Assembly (NCBI GenBank): GCA_038883775.1
Contig: JAVZLM010000004.1
Span: 96,001 to 160,000 of the forward strand
Reading direction: 5' to 3'
DNA from: Candidatus Bathyarchaeia archaeon
Lineage (GTDB): Archaea > Thermoproteota > Bathyarchaeia > Bathyarchaeales > Bathycorpusculaceae
DNA: 64,000 nt
Shown: positions 50,060 to 59,440 of the stretch, piece after piece
How the letters are laid out: each line of letters starts with the position of its first letter
Numbering within the stretch: the stretch's first letter is position 1
The notes under the pieces: model-generated
Told to the model about the DNA's origin: nothing
Seen by the model: only the letters and a program-made list of their open reading frames with translations
Database searches by the model: none
Position numbers and translations under genes: made by a program

Positions 50060-50260
50060 CCTTCGCTATTTTCCATACTTTTGGTTTAAAATCAAACCAA
50101 TAGGAGGACCTACCTCTCCAGGTTTTTCTGCAAAACTTGCCGTATTTATGTGGTTTATTAATGCTTTTACAGTTTAAAGTGGTCTAAAACGGCTTTAACT
50201 AACGGAAAACATATAAATCGCTATAACGCTGTTCAATTGCACAGTTGGAGCGAATACGAA

Positions 50261-50743
50261 GTGCCAAAATGGGGATACTCAATAACAGAAGAATTGGACC
50301 CAGAAAAAACCTTGAAGGCAAGCGAACGAGAAGTTAGGGTATCCCATAAATCGGCACGGGAAGTATGCAGAACAATTAAGGGAATGAACCTTTCCCAAGC
50401 AAAACAATATTTGAGAGATGTCATCGCCAAAAAAAGAGCTGTGCCCTTTCGAAGGTTTAAAAAGAAGGCTGGACACCGTCATGGCTTGGAAAAGGCTTTT
50501 GCAGGCAGATATCCAGTGAAAGCTGCAAAACACATTCTTAAACTATTAGAAGGTGCAGAAGCCACCGCTGAATATAAGGGCTTAGACACGGATAGAATGC
50601 GCATAATCCACGCTGCAGCCTATCCGGGAATGAAAATTAAACGATACATGCCAAGGGCTCATGGAAGAGCCACACCAGATTTTGAAACTCTCTGCCACAT
50701 AGAACTTGCCCTAGAAGAACAACCGGAAACAGGGGAAACTTGA
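50261..50743 (+). CDS. rpl22: 50S ribosomal protein uL22
   Basis: VS.K.AREVC..IKGM, AVPF.R, GRYP.KA and PRA.GRA motifs; GTG start. Confidence 0.95.
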   Translation: MPKWGYSITEELDPEKTLKASEREVRVSHKSAREVCRTIKGMNLSQAKQYLRDVIAKKRAVPFRRFKKKAGHRHGLEKAFAGRYPVKAAKHILKLLEGAEATAEYKGLDTDRMRIIHAAAYPGMKIKRYMPRAHGRATPDFETLCHIELALEEQPETGET

Positions 50744-51417
50744 TGGCATCCGTTCAACATTTTATAACAGAGTCGAAGAAAAGAACAGAGATCGACGAAT
50801 TTCTGCAGAAAAAACTTGAAAAGGCAGGTTATGGCGGAGTATCAATATCAAAAACCCCATTGGGAACACACATTGTAATTTACGCGATGCGTCCTGGACT
50901 GGTTATAGGACGCGGCGGAGAAACCATAAAGGAACTTGCAAACATTTTAGAAGAGAAATTTAAGATTTCAAATCCGCAAATTTCTGTTTCAGAAATTGAA
51001 ATTCCAGAACTGAACGCTTACGTTGTTGCCTCACGCGTTGCTTCAGCCCTTGAAAGAGGCGTGCATTTCAGGCGGGCTGGATTTTGGGCTTTAAACCAAG
51101 TTATGGAAGCAGGCGCCTTAGGCGCAGAAATAATCATAAGCGGCAAACTGCGAACCGAAAGGGCACGATTTGAAAAGTTTAGGGCTGGATACATGCCGAA
51201 ATGTGGAGACCCAGCATTAAAATATATGCGCAAAGCTGAAGTTCACGTCCAACTAAAACCGGGAATTTTCGGCGTAAGAGTTAGGATAATGCCTCCAGAC
51301 GCAGTTTTTCCAGACAAAATCCAAATAGCCGAAGCCCCACCACCAGAAGAACCAGCAGAAACGGCAGAAGTGACTGCTGAAGAAAAAAGGGAAGAAGAAA
51401 CGGAGGAAAGCGAGTAA
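50743..51417 (+). CDS. rps3: 30S ribosomal protein uS3
   Basis: KH domain RPGLVIGRGG; ERGVHFRRA and GAEIIISGKL motifs. Confidence 0.96.
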   Translation: MASVQHFITESKKRTEIDEFLQKKLEKAGYGGVSISKTPLGTHIVIYAMRPGLVIGRGGETIKELANILEEKFKISNPQISVSEIEIPELNAYVVASRVASALERGVHFRRAGFWALNQVMEAGALGAEIIISGKLRTERARFEKFRAGYMPKCGDPALKYMRKAEVHVQLKPGIFGVRVRIMPPDAVFPDKIQIAEAPPPEEPAETAEVTAEEKREEETEESE

Positions 51418-51654
51418 ATGCCCATAATGCGTCTTAAAGAAATCCGTGATATGTCTTCAGAAGAGCGGATGAAAAAACTTACAGAACTTAAAACAGAACT
51501 CCAAAGACTAAAAACTATGGTCAAGGCAGGCGGCACCGTTGAAAATCCAGCGAGAATTAAGGAATTGCGTAAGACTATTGCCAGAATACTAACCATAGAA
51601 AGGGAACAAAAGATTGCCACCAAAAAAGTCGAGAAGGGGAAGAAAGAGAAATGA
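51418..51654 (+). CDS. rpl29: 50S ribosomal protein uL29
   Basis: EIR.MS, ENP.RI.ELRK.IARILT motifs. Confidence 0.95.
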   Translation: MPIMRLKEIRDMSSEERMKKLTELKTELQRLKTMVKAGGTVENPARIKELRKTIARILTIEREQKIATKKVEKGKKEK

Positions 51655-51932
51655 AAGTAACCCCAGACATAATCCGCAGCGAATTCATCGGAAAAGAAGC
51701 TAAAGTCGCTAAAAGTACGCATTCTGGTTATGTGGGATTAGCGGGCAAAATCATAGATGAAACTCGAAATACTTTCACAATTTTACATGAAGGGAAAAGG
51801 AAGAAGATTATAAAAGATTCAGCCATTTTCCATTTCAAATTTTCTGACGGAACGGTTGTTGAGATTGATGGTAAACTTCTTTTAGGAAGACCTGATGATC
51901 GCCTCAAAAAACGTGTTAAGAGGTTATGGTGA
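51651..51932 (+). CDS. rnp1: Ribonuclease P protein component 1 (Rpp29/Pop4)
   Basis: E.IG, G.IIDET.NT and G..L.GRP..R.K motifs; conserved operon position. Confidence 0.92.
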   Translation: MKVTPDIIRSEFIGKEAKVAKSTHSGYVGLAGKIIDETRNTFTILHEGKRKKIIKDSAIFHFKFSDGTVVEIDGKLLLGRPDDRLKKRVKRLW

Positions 51933-52249
51933 TGTCGCTCACTTTTAAAAAACCCAGGAAAACTTGCAATGACAGGAATTGTCCCTTTCACGGAGAACTC
52001 CCAATAAGGGGTCGCATATTAGATGGTTACGTTGTCAGTGCGAAAATGGATAAAACTGTTATTGTTAAAAGGGATTATCTTCATTACGTTCCAAAGTTCA
52101 TGAGATATGAAAGGCGACACAGCCGCATTCCATCCCACAACCCGCCATGCATAGACGCAAAAGAAGGCGACCGAGTAATAATTGCTGAATGTCGACCCAT
52201 AAGCAAAACCGTGTCCTTTGTTGTTGTAGAGAAGATGGAGGAGAAGTAA
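51926..52249 (+). CDS. rps17: 30S ribosomal protein uS17
   Basis: C.D.NCPFHG, KM.KTV and ECRPISKT motifs. Confidence 0.95.
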   Translation: MVMSLTFKKPRKTCNDRNCPFHGELPIRGRILDGYVVSAKMDKTVIVKRDYLHYVPKFMRYERRHSRIPSHNPPCIDAKEGDRVIIAECRPISKTVSFVVVEKMEEK

Positions 52250-52251
52250 AA

Positions 52252-52692
52252 ATGGCGGCAAAGGCAAAACAGAGAGCTTTAGTTGCTAAGGGAATGATTG
52301 GATTTGGACCAAAAATTTCAAGGGGACTTCCAGTCGGCTCAATCTTAAGGTGCGCTGATAATACTGGCGCAAGAGAACTGAGATTGGTTCAAGTTATGGG
52401 ATATAAGGGAAGACTGCGCCGTTATCCAGCTGCAGCCGTTGGCGACAGAATAGTGGTCTCTGTTAGACATGGAACGCCCGACATGAGAAAGAAAATTTTT
52501 CAAGCCGTGGTTGTAAGGCAAAGAAAACCTTTCAGAAGGAACGATGGCGTTTGGGTTCAATTTGAAGATAATGCAGCAGTAATAATAACCCCAGATGGAG
52601 AAATGAAGGGTTCAGAAATTCGTGGACCAGTGGCAAAGGAGGCTGCTGAAAGATGGCCAAGAATAGCAAGCGCCGCGAGCATAATAATTTAG
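52252..52692 (+). CDS. rpl14: 50S ribosomal protein uL14
   Basis: [15 protein letters not shown] and [11 protein letters not shown] motifs. Confidence 0.96.
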   Translation: MAAKAKQRALVAKGMIGFGPKISRGLPVGSILRCADNTGARELRLVQVMGYKGRLRRYPAAAVGDRIVVSVRHGTPDMRKKIFQAVVVRQRKPFRRNDGVWVQFEDNAAVIITPDGEMKGSEIRGPVAKEAAERWPRIASAASIII

Positions 52693-52702
52693 GTGAAGGC
52701 AT

Positions 52703-53317
52703 ATGCAAACAGTAAAGGCTGTAACAAAACCAACAAAACAAAGAAAAAGGCTATTTCAAGCCCCAGACCACATACGCTACAAGCTCTTTGCCGCTCCGCT
52801 TTCGCCAGAACTTAGGAAATCCCATGGGGTTAAAACCATTCCAGTAAGGAGCGGCGATACTGTGCGAATCATGCGGGGAGACCACAAGGGCTTTGAGGGA
52901 AAAATCACCAAGGTTGACCGGGAAAAGTATAGGATTTATGTTGAAGGTTTAACAAGGGAAAAGGTTGATGGAACCACAACCTTCGTTCCAATACATCCGT
53001 CAAAAGTTATGATTACCCGCTTAAATCTTGATGATAAATGGCGAAAGAAAATTTTGGCAAGAAAGAAAGAGGCGAGAAAGAAAATAGAAGAGGCTGCAGC
53101 AAAAAAGGTTCCAGAAAAAATTGAAGAAGTCAAAGAGGAAGTTATTGAAGAAAAAGTTGTGGAGGAAGAAAAACCGAAAAGAAGAAGACGAAGGCAAAAA
53201 GCACCAAGAAAATCAGTTAAAAAAGCTGAAGAATTTAAAGAAGAAGAGAAACCGAAAACGAGGAAAAGGAGAGCCAAACGCAAAACTGCTACAAAGAAAA
53301 CTGAAGGAGGAAAATAG
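52703..53317 (+). CDS. rpl24: 50S ribosomal protein uL24 with a long Lys/Glu/Arg-rich tail
   Basis: KQRK, LS.ELR, GDTV.IMRG and PIHPSKV motifs. Confidence 0.95.
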   Translation: MQTVKAVTKPTKQRKRLFQAPDHIRYKLFAAPLSPELRKSHGVKTIPVRSGDTVRIMRGDHKGFEGKITKVDREKYRIYVEGLTREKVDGTTTFVPIHPSKVMITRLNLDDKWRKKILARKKEARKKIEEAAAKKVPEKIEEVKEEVIEEKVVEEEKPKRRRRRQKAPRKSVKKAEEFKEEEKPKTRKRRAKRKTATKKTEGGK

Positions 53318-53319
53318 TT

Positions 53320-54078
53320 TTGGGCAAAAAAGGAGAATCAACAGGGCTGAAGCGCAAACCAGCTCCGAGATTTTGGCCAATCCACAGAAAAGAATTTGTT
53401 TGGGTAGTTAAACCATCGCCTGGACCACATTCTCTTGAAACTTGTTTGCCGCTAACCATAATTTTGCGGGATATTTTGGGTTTCGCCAAAACAAGGAAAG
53501 AGGCTAAAACCATAGTTTCTGAAGGAAAAGTTTATGTAGATGGGAAGATTAGGCGTGAAGATGATTTTCCAACGGGTTTGATGGATGTTATTTCCATATT
53601 AGATGTGGATAAACACTTTCGCTTATTACCATCCAAGAAGGGCTTAATCCTTCATCCCATCAACAAGGATGAGATTAGCTTTAAGCTTTGTAGAATAGAA
53701 AACAAGACAACTGTAAAAAATGGGCATGTGCAGCTTAATCTTCATGACGGCTCAAACATTTTAGTGAAAGTTGCAGATCCAAAGAACTCACAAGAAGACG
53801 TCTACGAAACCCTTGACACATTAAAGATAAGTCTTCCAGAAAGGCAAATTCTCGAACACATAAAATTGAAGGAAAACAGTTTCGCCATAATAACCGGTGG
53901 AAAAAACATTGGAAAATATGGCAAAATAGTGGAAATTGAAAGTGCAAAGGGGAAGAAGCGGCGAAATACCCTTGCAGTAATAGAAGATGAGAAAGGCAAC
54001 CGTTACCAAACAATTTTGAACTTCGTTTTTGCAATCGGCGAAAAACAACCACTAATATCGCTTCCGGAGGCGGCTTAA
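53320..54078 (+). CDS. rps4e: 30S ribosomal protein eS4
   Basis: LKR..AP..W.I.RK, P.PGPH and G.MDVI motifs. Confidence 0.95.
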   Translation: MGKKGESTGLKRKPAPRFWPIHRKEFVWVVKPSPGPHSLETCLPLTIILRDILGFAKTRKEAKTIVSEGKVYVDGKIRREDDFPTGLMDVISILDVDKHFRLLPSKKGLILHPINKDEISFKLCRIENKTTVKNGHVQLNLHDGSNILVKVADPKNSQEDVYETLDTLKISLPERQILEHIKLKENSFAIITGGKNIGKYGKIVEIESAKGKKRRNTLAVIEDEKGNRYQTILNFVFAIGEKQPLISLPEAA

Positions 54079-54618
54079 TTGTCTGAAGATGAAATTCGTA
54101 AAATCTGGGAAGAAAACCCAACACTTAAACCAAAAATTGAAAAGGTTGTTGTAAACATTAGCGTCGGAAAATCTGGAGAACCATTAGAAAAAGCCTCAAA
54201 AGTATTAAAACAGTTAACAGGTCAAACTCCGTGCAAAAGGAAGGCAAAGAAAACCATAAGAGATTTTGGAATAAGAAAGGGCGAACCGATAGCTTGCATA
54301 GTAACCCTCAGAAAACAAAGGGCGATAGAGTTTTTAAAGAAAGTCTTGCCAGTGATTGACAACAAAATTTCAAAAGAACGTTTTGACGAACATGGCAATT
54401 TCTCCTTTGGAATAAAAGAGCATATCGAAATTTCAGGCGTAAAATACGACCCAGAAATAGGCATATTTGGCATGGACGTCTGCGTTTCGCTCTGCCGTCC
54501 AGGATATCGCGTGAAAAATCGCCGAAAAAGGAAAGCACAAATTGGTTCAAAACACATTCTAACGCCCGAAGAAGCCATAGTCTTCGTTAAGGACAATTTG
54601 GGAGTTGAAATAGTATAA
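54079..54618 (+). CDS. rpl5: 50S ribosomal protein uL5
   Basis: [17 protein letters not shown] and GNFSFGI.EH motifs. Confidence 0.96.
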   Translation: MSEDEIRKIWEENPTLKPKIEKVVVNISVGKSGEPLEKASKVLKQLTGQTPCKRKAKKTIRDFGIRKGEPIACIVTLRKQRAIEFLKKVLPVIDNKISKERFDEHGNFSFGIKEHIEISGVKYDPEIGIFGMDVCVSLCRPGYRVKNRRKRKAQIGSKHILTPEEAIVFVKDNLGVEIV

Positions 54619-54632
54619 AAGAGGAGAGCGGC

Positions 54633-54797
54633 ATGGGTAAACAGAAACCTAAAAAGGAAAGAAAATATGGAAAGGGAGCGAGACCATGCAGCCGATGCGG
54701 TTCCTATGGTCCAGTGATTCGACGCTACAATTTATATTTATGTCGCCATTGTTTTAGGGAAGTAGCCAAAAAACTCGGCTTCAAAAAATATGAGTGA
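54633..54797 (+). CDS. rps14: 30S ribosomal protein uS14 (Zn-binding; absent from the ORF track)
   Basis: [54 protein letters not shown]. Confidence 0.95.
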   Translation: MGKQKPKKERKYGKGARPCSRCGSYGPVIRRYNLYLCRHCFREVAKKLGFKKYE

Positions 54798-55186
54798 TGG
54801 CGATGGACACTTTGGCAAATGGTTTAATAACAATCATGAACAACGAACTGCGCAATAAACGCGAATGCGTAATTAGCCCTGCCTCTAAACTTTTGGGAAG
54901 GGTTTTAAGGATTATGCAGTTGAACGGTTACATTGGAGAATTTGAATTTGTGGATGATGGGCGTTCTGGAAAATTCAAAGTTCAGCTTTTAGGAAGAATA
55001 AACAAGTGCGGAGCCATCAAACCCCGCTTCGCAGTTAAAGCTGACGAAATTGAAGAGTGGGAGAAAAAATTCCTTCCATCAAGAGATGTTGGCATATTGA
55101 TAATTTCAACACCAAAGGGAGTGCTATCCCATAAGGAGGCAAAAGAAAAACACTTTGGGGGCAGGCTAACAGCATTCGTTTACTAA
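54797..55186 (+). CDS. rps8: 30S ribosomal protein uS8
   Basis: GYIGEFE.VDDGR.G, INKCG.IKPRF and ST..G..SH motifs. Confidence 0.96.
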   Translation: MAMDTLANGLITIMNNELRNKRECVISPASKLLGRVLRIMQLNGYIGEFEFVDDGRSGKFKVQLLGRINKCGAIKPRFAVKADEIEEWEKKFLPSRDVGILIISTPKGVLSHKEAKEKHFGGRLTAFVY

Positions 55187-55201
55187 AGGAGGGCATTTAA
55201 G

Positions 55202-55750
55202 ATGCGTGCCATTGAAATCTCCAGAACCATTCAAATTCCAGAAGACGTAGAAGTAACCCTTCAAGGAAGGAAAATAACAGTTAAAGGCGCCAAAGGAACA
55301 TTAACCCGCGACTTTTCCTCCGCCCCCGTATCAATACAGTTAGATGGCAAAATCCTTCGCATATGGGCTGAATGGCCACGGAAAAAGGAAGCAGCCATCG
55401 TAGGCACAATTTTTTCGCATATCCAGAATATGATTACTGGAGTTAGGAAAGGTTTTACATGCAAGCTTAAGATAGTTTTCTCCCATTTTCCAATATCAGT
55501 TAAAATAAAAGATAAGACTGTTTTAATTGAAAATTTCACGGGCGAACGCAACCCAAGAAAGGCGAAAATAATAGGCGATGTGCAAGTTAAAGTTCAAAGC
55601 GAAGACATAATCGTTCAAGGAATAAACTTGGAAGATGTGAGCCAAACCGCCGCAAACATTGAACAAGCCACTAAAGTGAAAAGAAAAGACCCCAGAGTCT
55701 TTCTTGATGGCATATACGTTTATGAAAAAGTTGAGGGAATGCAAATATGA
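55202..55750 (+). CDS. rpl6: 50S ribosomal protein uL6
   Basis: NMI.GV..GF, SHFPI, NF.GE and DPRVFLDGIY motifs. Confidence 0.96.
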   Translation: MRAIEISRTIQIPEDVEVTLQGRKITVKGAKGTLTRDFSSAPVSIQLDGKILRIWAEWPRKKEAAIVGTIFSHIQNMITGVRKGFTCKLKIVFSHFPISVKIKDKTVLIENFTGERNPRKAKIIGDVQVKVQSEDIIVQGINLEDVSQTAANIEQATKVKRKDPRVFLDGIYVYEKVEGMQI

Positions 55751-56268
55751 CAGAGCCGTCAACTACAGAAAAGGCATTAAAACTGAGGGCGCAAGTGAAG
55801 AAGCGAAAGCCAAAATTTGTCAGACAAGAAAGTTGGCGATACAAACGCTTGAAAGAAAACTGGCGCAGACCAAAGGGCATAGACAACAAAATGCGAAGAA
55901 AAATAAAGGGTTGGCCACTCACAGTAAATGTTGGATATAGAGGACCAAAAGTTGCCAGAGGACTTCATCCATCGGGTTACAAAGAAGTTTTAGTACATAA
56001 TGCTGAAGAGCTAAAGAAAATTGACCCGAAAACCCAAGCAGTGCGGATTGCCCACACTGTTGGAAAAAGGGAAAGAATCAAAATCCTCACCGAATCGAGA
56101 AAGAGGAAGATAACTGTTCTGAATGTTAAAGAAATTAAGGAAACTGTTGAAGAAAAGGAAGAGGAGAGACCTGAAAAAAAGGAAGAGATTGAAGAGAAGG
56201 AAAAACCAAAACCAAAGCGAAGGAGAAAAAAGAAACCTAAAGAAGAAGGGAGCGCGGAAAAGCAATGA
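55747..56268 (+). CDS. rpl32e: 50S ribosomal protein eL32 with a charged C-terminal tail
   Basis: F.RQ, WRRPKGIDNK.R and RGLHPSG motifs. Confidence 0.95.
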   Translation: MTEPSTTEKALKLRAQVKKRKPKFVRQESWRYKRLKENWRRPKGIDNKMRRKIKGWPLTVNVGYRGPKVARGLHPSGYKEVLVHNAEELKKIDPKTQAVRIAHTVGKRERIKILTESRKRKITVLNVKEIKETVEEKEEERPEKKEEIEEKEKPKPKRRRKKKPKEEGSAEKQ

Positions 56269-56720
56269 CGAGCCTTAAAAGTCAGCGGCGCATTGCAGCA
56301 AAAATATTGAAGGTTGGACAAAACCGTGTATGGATAGATCCAAATAGAATGGAAGATGCCGAAACAGCAATAACAAGGGAAGAAATCAGAAAATTAATTC
56401 ACGAAGGCGTAATAAAGCCTCTTCCCATAAAGGGCATAAGCCATTCGAGAGCAAGAATTTTGCATGAGAAGAAAAAGAAGGGTAGAAGGCGTGGTGTTGG
56501 CTCCAGAAGTGGTGCAGCCCACGCAAAAATTTCTAAGAAAGATGTTTGGATGAGCAGGATTAGGGCTTTAAGAAAGAGACTTCGCGAATTAAAAGCCAAC
56601 AAAACCATCACGGAAAGTACGTACCGAAAATTATACAGGATGGCAAGCAGCGGAAGATTCAGTTCTGTCGCTGACTTAGAGCGTTATCTCAAAGCCCATG
56701 AACTCTGGAGGAAACGTTAA
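56265..56720 (+). CDS. rpl19e: 50S ribosomal protein eL19
   Basis: Q.RIAA.IL.VG..RVW.DP and W..RIRA.R motifs. Confidence 0.95.
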   Translation: MTSLKSQRRIAAKILKVGQNRVWIDPNRMEDAETAITREEIRKLIHEGVIKPLPIKGISHSRARILHEKKKKGRRRGVGSRSGAAHAKISKKDVWMSRIRALRKRLRELKANKTITESTYRKLYRMASSGRFSSVADLERYLKAHELWRKR

Positions 56721-57334
56721 TGGCTAAAAGCTCACGCTACTGTGTCCCATTTCGGAGGAGAAGGGAGGGGAAAACAAATTATAAATCAAGAAGGGCATTG
56801 GTGCTTTCTGGAAAACCTCGCTTAGTAACTCGCATCACACTCAAAAATGTAATAGCCCAAATAATAACGGCAAAACCCCATGGAGACGAAGTTTTAGTAT
56901 CAGCCCACAGCAGAGAACTGACAAAAACCTATGGATGGAAAGCCTCCAAGAAAAATCTTCCAGCCGCCTATTTGACTGGGTTTCTTTGTGGATTAAAAGC
57001 CAAAGCAAAAGGAATAAAAGAAGCAATTTTAGACATTGGACTGCATTCACCTTCTAAAGGAGCAAAGGTTTTCGCCGTCTTAAAGGGAGTGTTAGATGCT
57101 GGAATAGATGTGCCCTATGGCGAGGAAAAACTACCAGACGAGAAAAGAATAAGGGGTGAACACATTGTGCAATATGCGCAAAGTTTAGCCTCCTCTAACC
57201 CTGAACAGTACCAGATTAGATTTTCACAGTATTTGAAACAAAAATTCCCTCCAGAAAACATCAGCGAACACTTTGCGAAGGTCAAAGCAGAAATTGTTTC
57301 CGCATTCAAGAAGGAAGGAGGTAGAAAGAAGTGA
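56720..57334 (+). CDS. rpl18: 50S ribosomal protein uL18
   Basis: RRRREGKT.Y and N.PAAYLTG motifs. Confidence 0.95.
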   Translation: MAKSSRYCVPFRRRREGKTNYKSRRALVLSGKPRLVTRITLKNVIAQIITAKPHGDEVLVSAHSRELTKTYGWKASKKNLPAAYLTGFLCGLKAKAKGIKEAILDIGLHSPSKGAKVFAVLKGVLDAGIDVPYGEEKLPDEKRIRGEHIVQYAQSLASSNPEQYQIRFSQYLKQKFPPENISEHFAKVKAEIVSAFKKEGGRKK

Positions 57335-57975
57335 CAGCAAGAGAAAAATCACCATCAGAAAGTTTGGAACATTGGGTTCCAAGAACCCGCCTCGGAAAAA
57401 TGATTCAAGAAGGCAGAATCACATCCATAGAAGAAGTTTTTATGGGCGGATTACAAATCCGCGAACCCCAAATTGTGGATGCTTTGCTTCCAGACATACA
57501 AGAAGAGGTTATAAACATAAACTTGGTTCAAAAACAGACAGACGCAGGAGAAAAATCAAGGTTTAAGGCTATAGTGGCTGTTGGAAACAGAGATGGCTAC
57601 TTAGGATTAGGCTCTGGGAAAGCAAGCCAAGTGCGAACAGCCATAGAAAAGGCAGCTGCAAATGCCCGCCTAAACCTTATTCCCGTAAGGCGGGGATGCG
57701 GAAGCTGGGAATGTGGTTGTGGAAAACCCCATTCGGTGCCCTTTCAAATTGAAGGAAAAACTGGAGGAGTAAGGATAGTGATTGTTCCGGGACCGAGGGG
57801 CTTAGGTCTTGTGGCAAGCGAAACTGCGAAGGTGATTTTGGGTCTTGCTGGAATAAAGGATTGTTGGACGAGAAGTTATGGTTCAACAAGGACTATTCCA
57901 TCCTTCTCATATGCCATTTTTGATGCTTTAAAGAAAACATACAGCCTCATAACTCCAATGGATTGGGTGAGATAG
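57331..57975 (+). CDS. rps5: 30S ribosomal protein uS5
   Basis: [14 protein letters not shown] and PRGLGLV motifs. Confidence 0.96.
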   Translation: MTAREKSPSESLEHWVPRTRLGKMIQEGRITSIEEVFMGGLQIREPQIVDALLPDIQEEVININLVQKQTDAGEKSRFKAIVAVGNRDGYLGLGSGKASQVRTAIEKAAANARLNLIPVRRGCGSWECGCGKPHSVPFQIEGKTGGVRIVIVPGPRGLGLVASETAKVILGLAGIKDCWTRSYGSTRTIPSFSYAIFDALKKTYSLITPMDWVR

Positions 57976-58464
57976 GTGAGCGAAGAGAAGCAACAACGCA
58001 AGTGCTTGGCGGTTGTGAGGGTTCGGGGAACAATAAGCGCTCCCCGCCATGTGAGAGAAACATTGCAAATGCTTAATCTAACAAGAAATAATTATGCTGT
58101 GCTTATTGATGACCGTCCATCTTTTCTCGGGATGTTAAAGACAGCGCAAAACTTTGTTACTTGGGGTGAAGTCACAAAAGAAACCGTTAATGAACTCATA
58201 AGCGAAAGAGGAAGGCTTGCTGGAAATAAGAAGTTAACAGACGAATACGCACAAAAGATTGGTTTTAAATCGTTAGAGGAGCTTGCAGAAGCAGTTTTTA
58301 ATTGTAAAATTGAGTATTGGAAACTGCCAAAGGTGCAGCCAAAATTTAGGTTGCATCCGCCGACAAAAGGATTTAAAGGAAAAATTAAGAAGGGTTATGG
58401 TGTCGGCGGCGAATTAGGATATAGAGGCGAAAAAATCAACGAATTAATAAGGCGGATGATTTAG
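57976..58464 (+). CDS. rpl30: 50S ribosomal protein uL30
   Basis: VRVRG, T.GE, FRLHPP..G and LGYRG..IN.LI.RM motifs. Confidence 0.95.
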   Translation: MSEEKQQRKCLAVVRVRGTISAPRHVRETLQMLNLTRNNYAVLIDDRPSFLGMLKTAQNFVTWGEVTKETVNELISERGRLAGNKKLTDEYAQKIGFKSLEELAEAVFNCKIEYWKLPKVQPKFRLHPPTKGFKGKIKKGYGVGGELGYRGEKINELIRRMI

Positions 58465-58535
58465 GCTTTTAAATTTTTTGCGATATGTTTTATAACCGCT
58501 TTTGAAATGCCATTGTATCTGAGGAGAAGGAGAAT

Positions 58536-58991
58536 TTGAGCGTTAAATGGCGGAGAAATAAAAAAGTTTCAAAAAAATTCAAAATAATTGACACCATAAA
58601 TAGGGGTAAAAGCAAAAAAACTCCCCGAATATTTTCGATAAAAAAGTCGCGAATTAGAAAATGGAAGGTTCTTCCCAAAATTGAGTTTCAACAGATTTAC
58701 AATGGAAGAAAATGGAGGGCGCTCGAGCCCTTAATTGATGTTTTAGAAGAAAAGGATGAAATAGTAATCGTTGCAGAAGCTAAAGGAGTTAACAAGGAAA
58801 ATTTGAAAATTCAAATAGAAAATCAAAGGTTAACTTTGGCTGCTGAGGCTTTAGAGCACAGATATCGTAAAAGTTTAAATCTTCCCGCAAGAGTCATTCC
58901 AAACACTATGCGTACAAGATATAAGAATGGTGTGCTTGAAATAAGGTTAAAAAAGGCTGTTGAAGATGTCACCGAAAGAGTAGCTGATTAA
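58536..58991 (+). CDS. Small heat-shock protein (Hsp20/alpha-crystallin domain) with a basic N-terminus
   Basis: EPLIDV.E..DEI.IVAE..GV.KE, Y.K..LP..V and YKNGVLEIRL.K motifs; AGGAG RBS. Confidence 0.8.
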   Translation: MSVKWRRNKKVSKKFKIIDTINRGKSKKTPRIFSIKKSRIRKWKVLPKIEFQQIYNGRKWRALEPLIDVLEEKDEIVIVAEAKGVNKENLKIQIENQRLTLAAEALEHRYRKSLNLPARVIPNTMRTRYKNGVLEIRLKKAVEDVTERVAD

Positions 58992-58992
58992 A

Positions 58993-59430
58993 ATGCCGCA
59001 TAAACTGAGAAAAATCAGAAAGAAACGCGGTTCCAGAACGGTAGGTTACGGAAGGGTGGGTCAACATAGAAAGTCAGGGTCAAAAGGAGAGCGAAAGGCT
59101 GGAAGACATAAACACTTATGGTCTTACGTTTTAAGGTATGAGCCAGAATATTTCGGCAAAAGAGGATTCACTTCGCCGAAAAGCCTCAAACAAAAACAAA
59201 AGGTCATAAACATCGGAAAACTCGAAGAGTTAGTTAAAGCCACATCAGAAGAAAAAGAGGGCAAAATTTTCATAGACTTAGAAAGTTTGGGCTATACTAA
59301 ACTTTTGGGCACGGGAAAAGTTACAAAACCGTTAATTGTGAAGGTAGCGTCATGCTCCAAATCTGCGGCTGAAAAGATAAAAGAAGCAGGCGGACAAGTT
59401 TTGATGGAAACTCAAGAAGAGGGAGAGTAA
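58993..59430 (+). CDS. rpl15: 50S ribosomal protein uL15
   Basis: RGSRT.GYG..GQHR, FGK.GF, KLLG.G and A.EKI..AGG motifs. Confidence 0.95.
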   Translation: MPHKLRKIRKKRGSRTVGYGRVGQHRKSGSKGERKAGRHKHLWSYVLRYEPEYFGKRGFTSPKSLKQKQKVINIGKLEELVKATSEEKEGKIFIDLESLGYTKLLGTGKVTKPLIVKVASCSKSAAEKIKEAGGQVLMETQEEGE

Positions 59431-59440
59431 AGGTTAAGCC

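Noticed and set aside
50060-50260. Small hairpins (TTGGTTT-N6-AAACCAA; GGAG-N9-CTCC) upstream of rpl22 as a possible ncRNA or tRNA
   Set aside because: The stems are short, with no cloverleaf or recognisable RNA family, and cannot be told from chance or terminator structure.
41930-56321. Long antisense ORFs in the track (e.g. 41930-42559, 47384-48007, 51243-51722, 55977-56321)
   Set aside because: They lie opposite well-supported genes and have Ser/Phe/Leu-rich shadow composition with no motifs.
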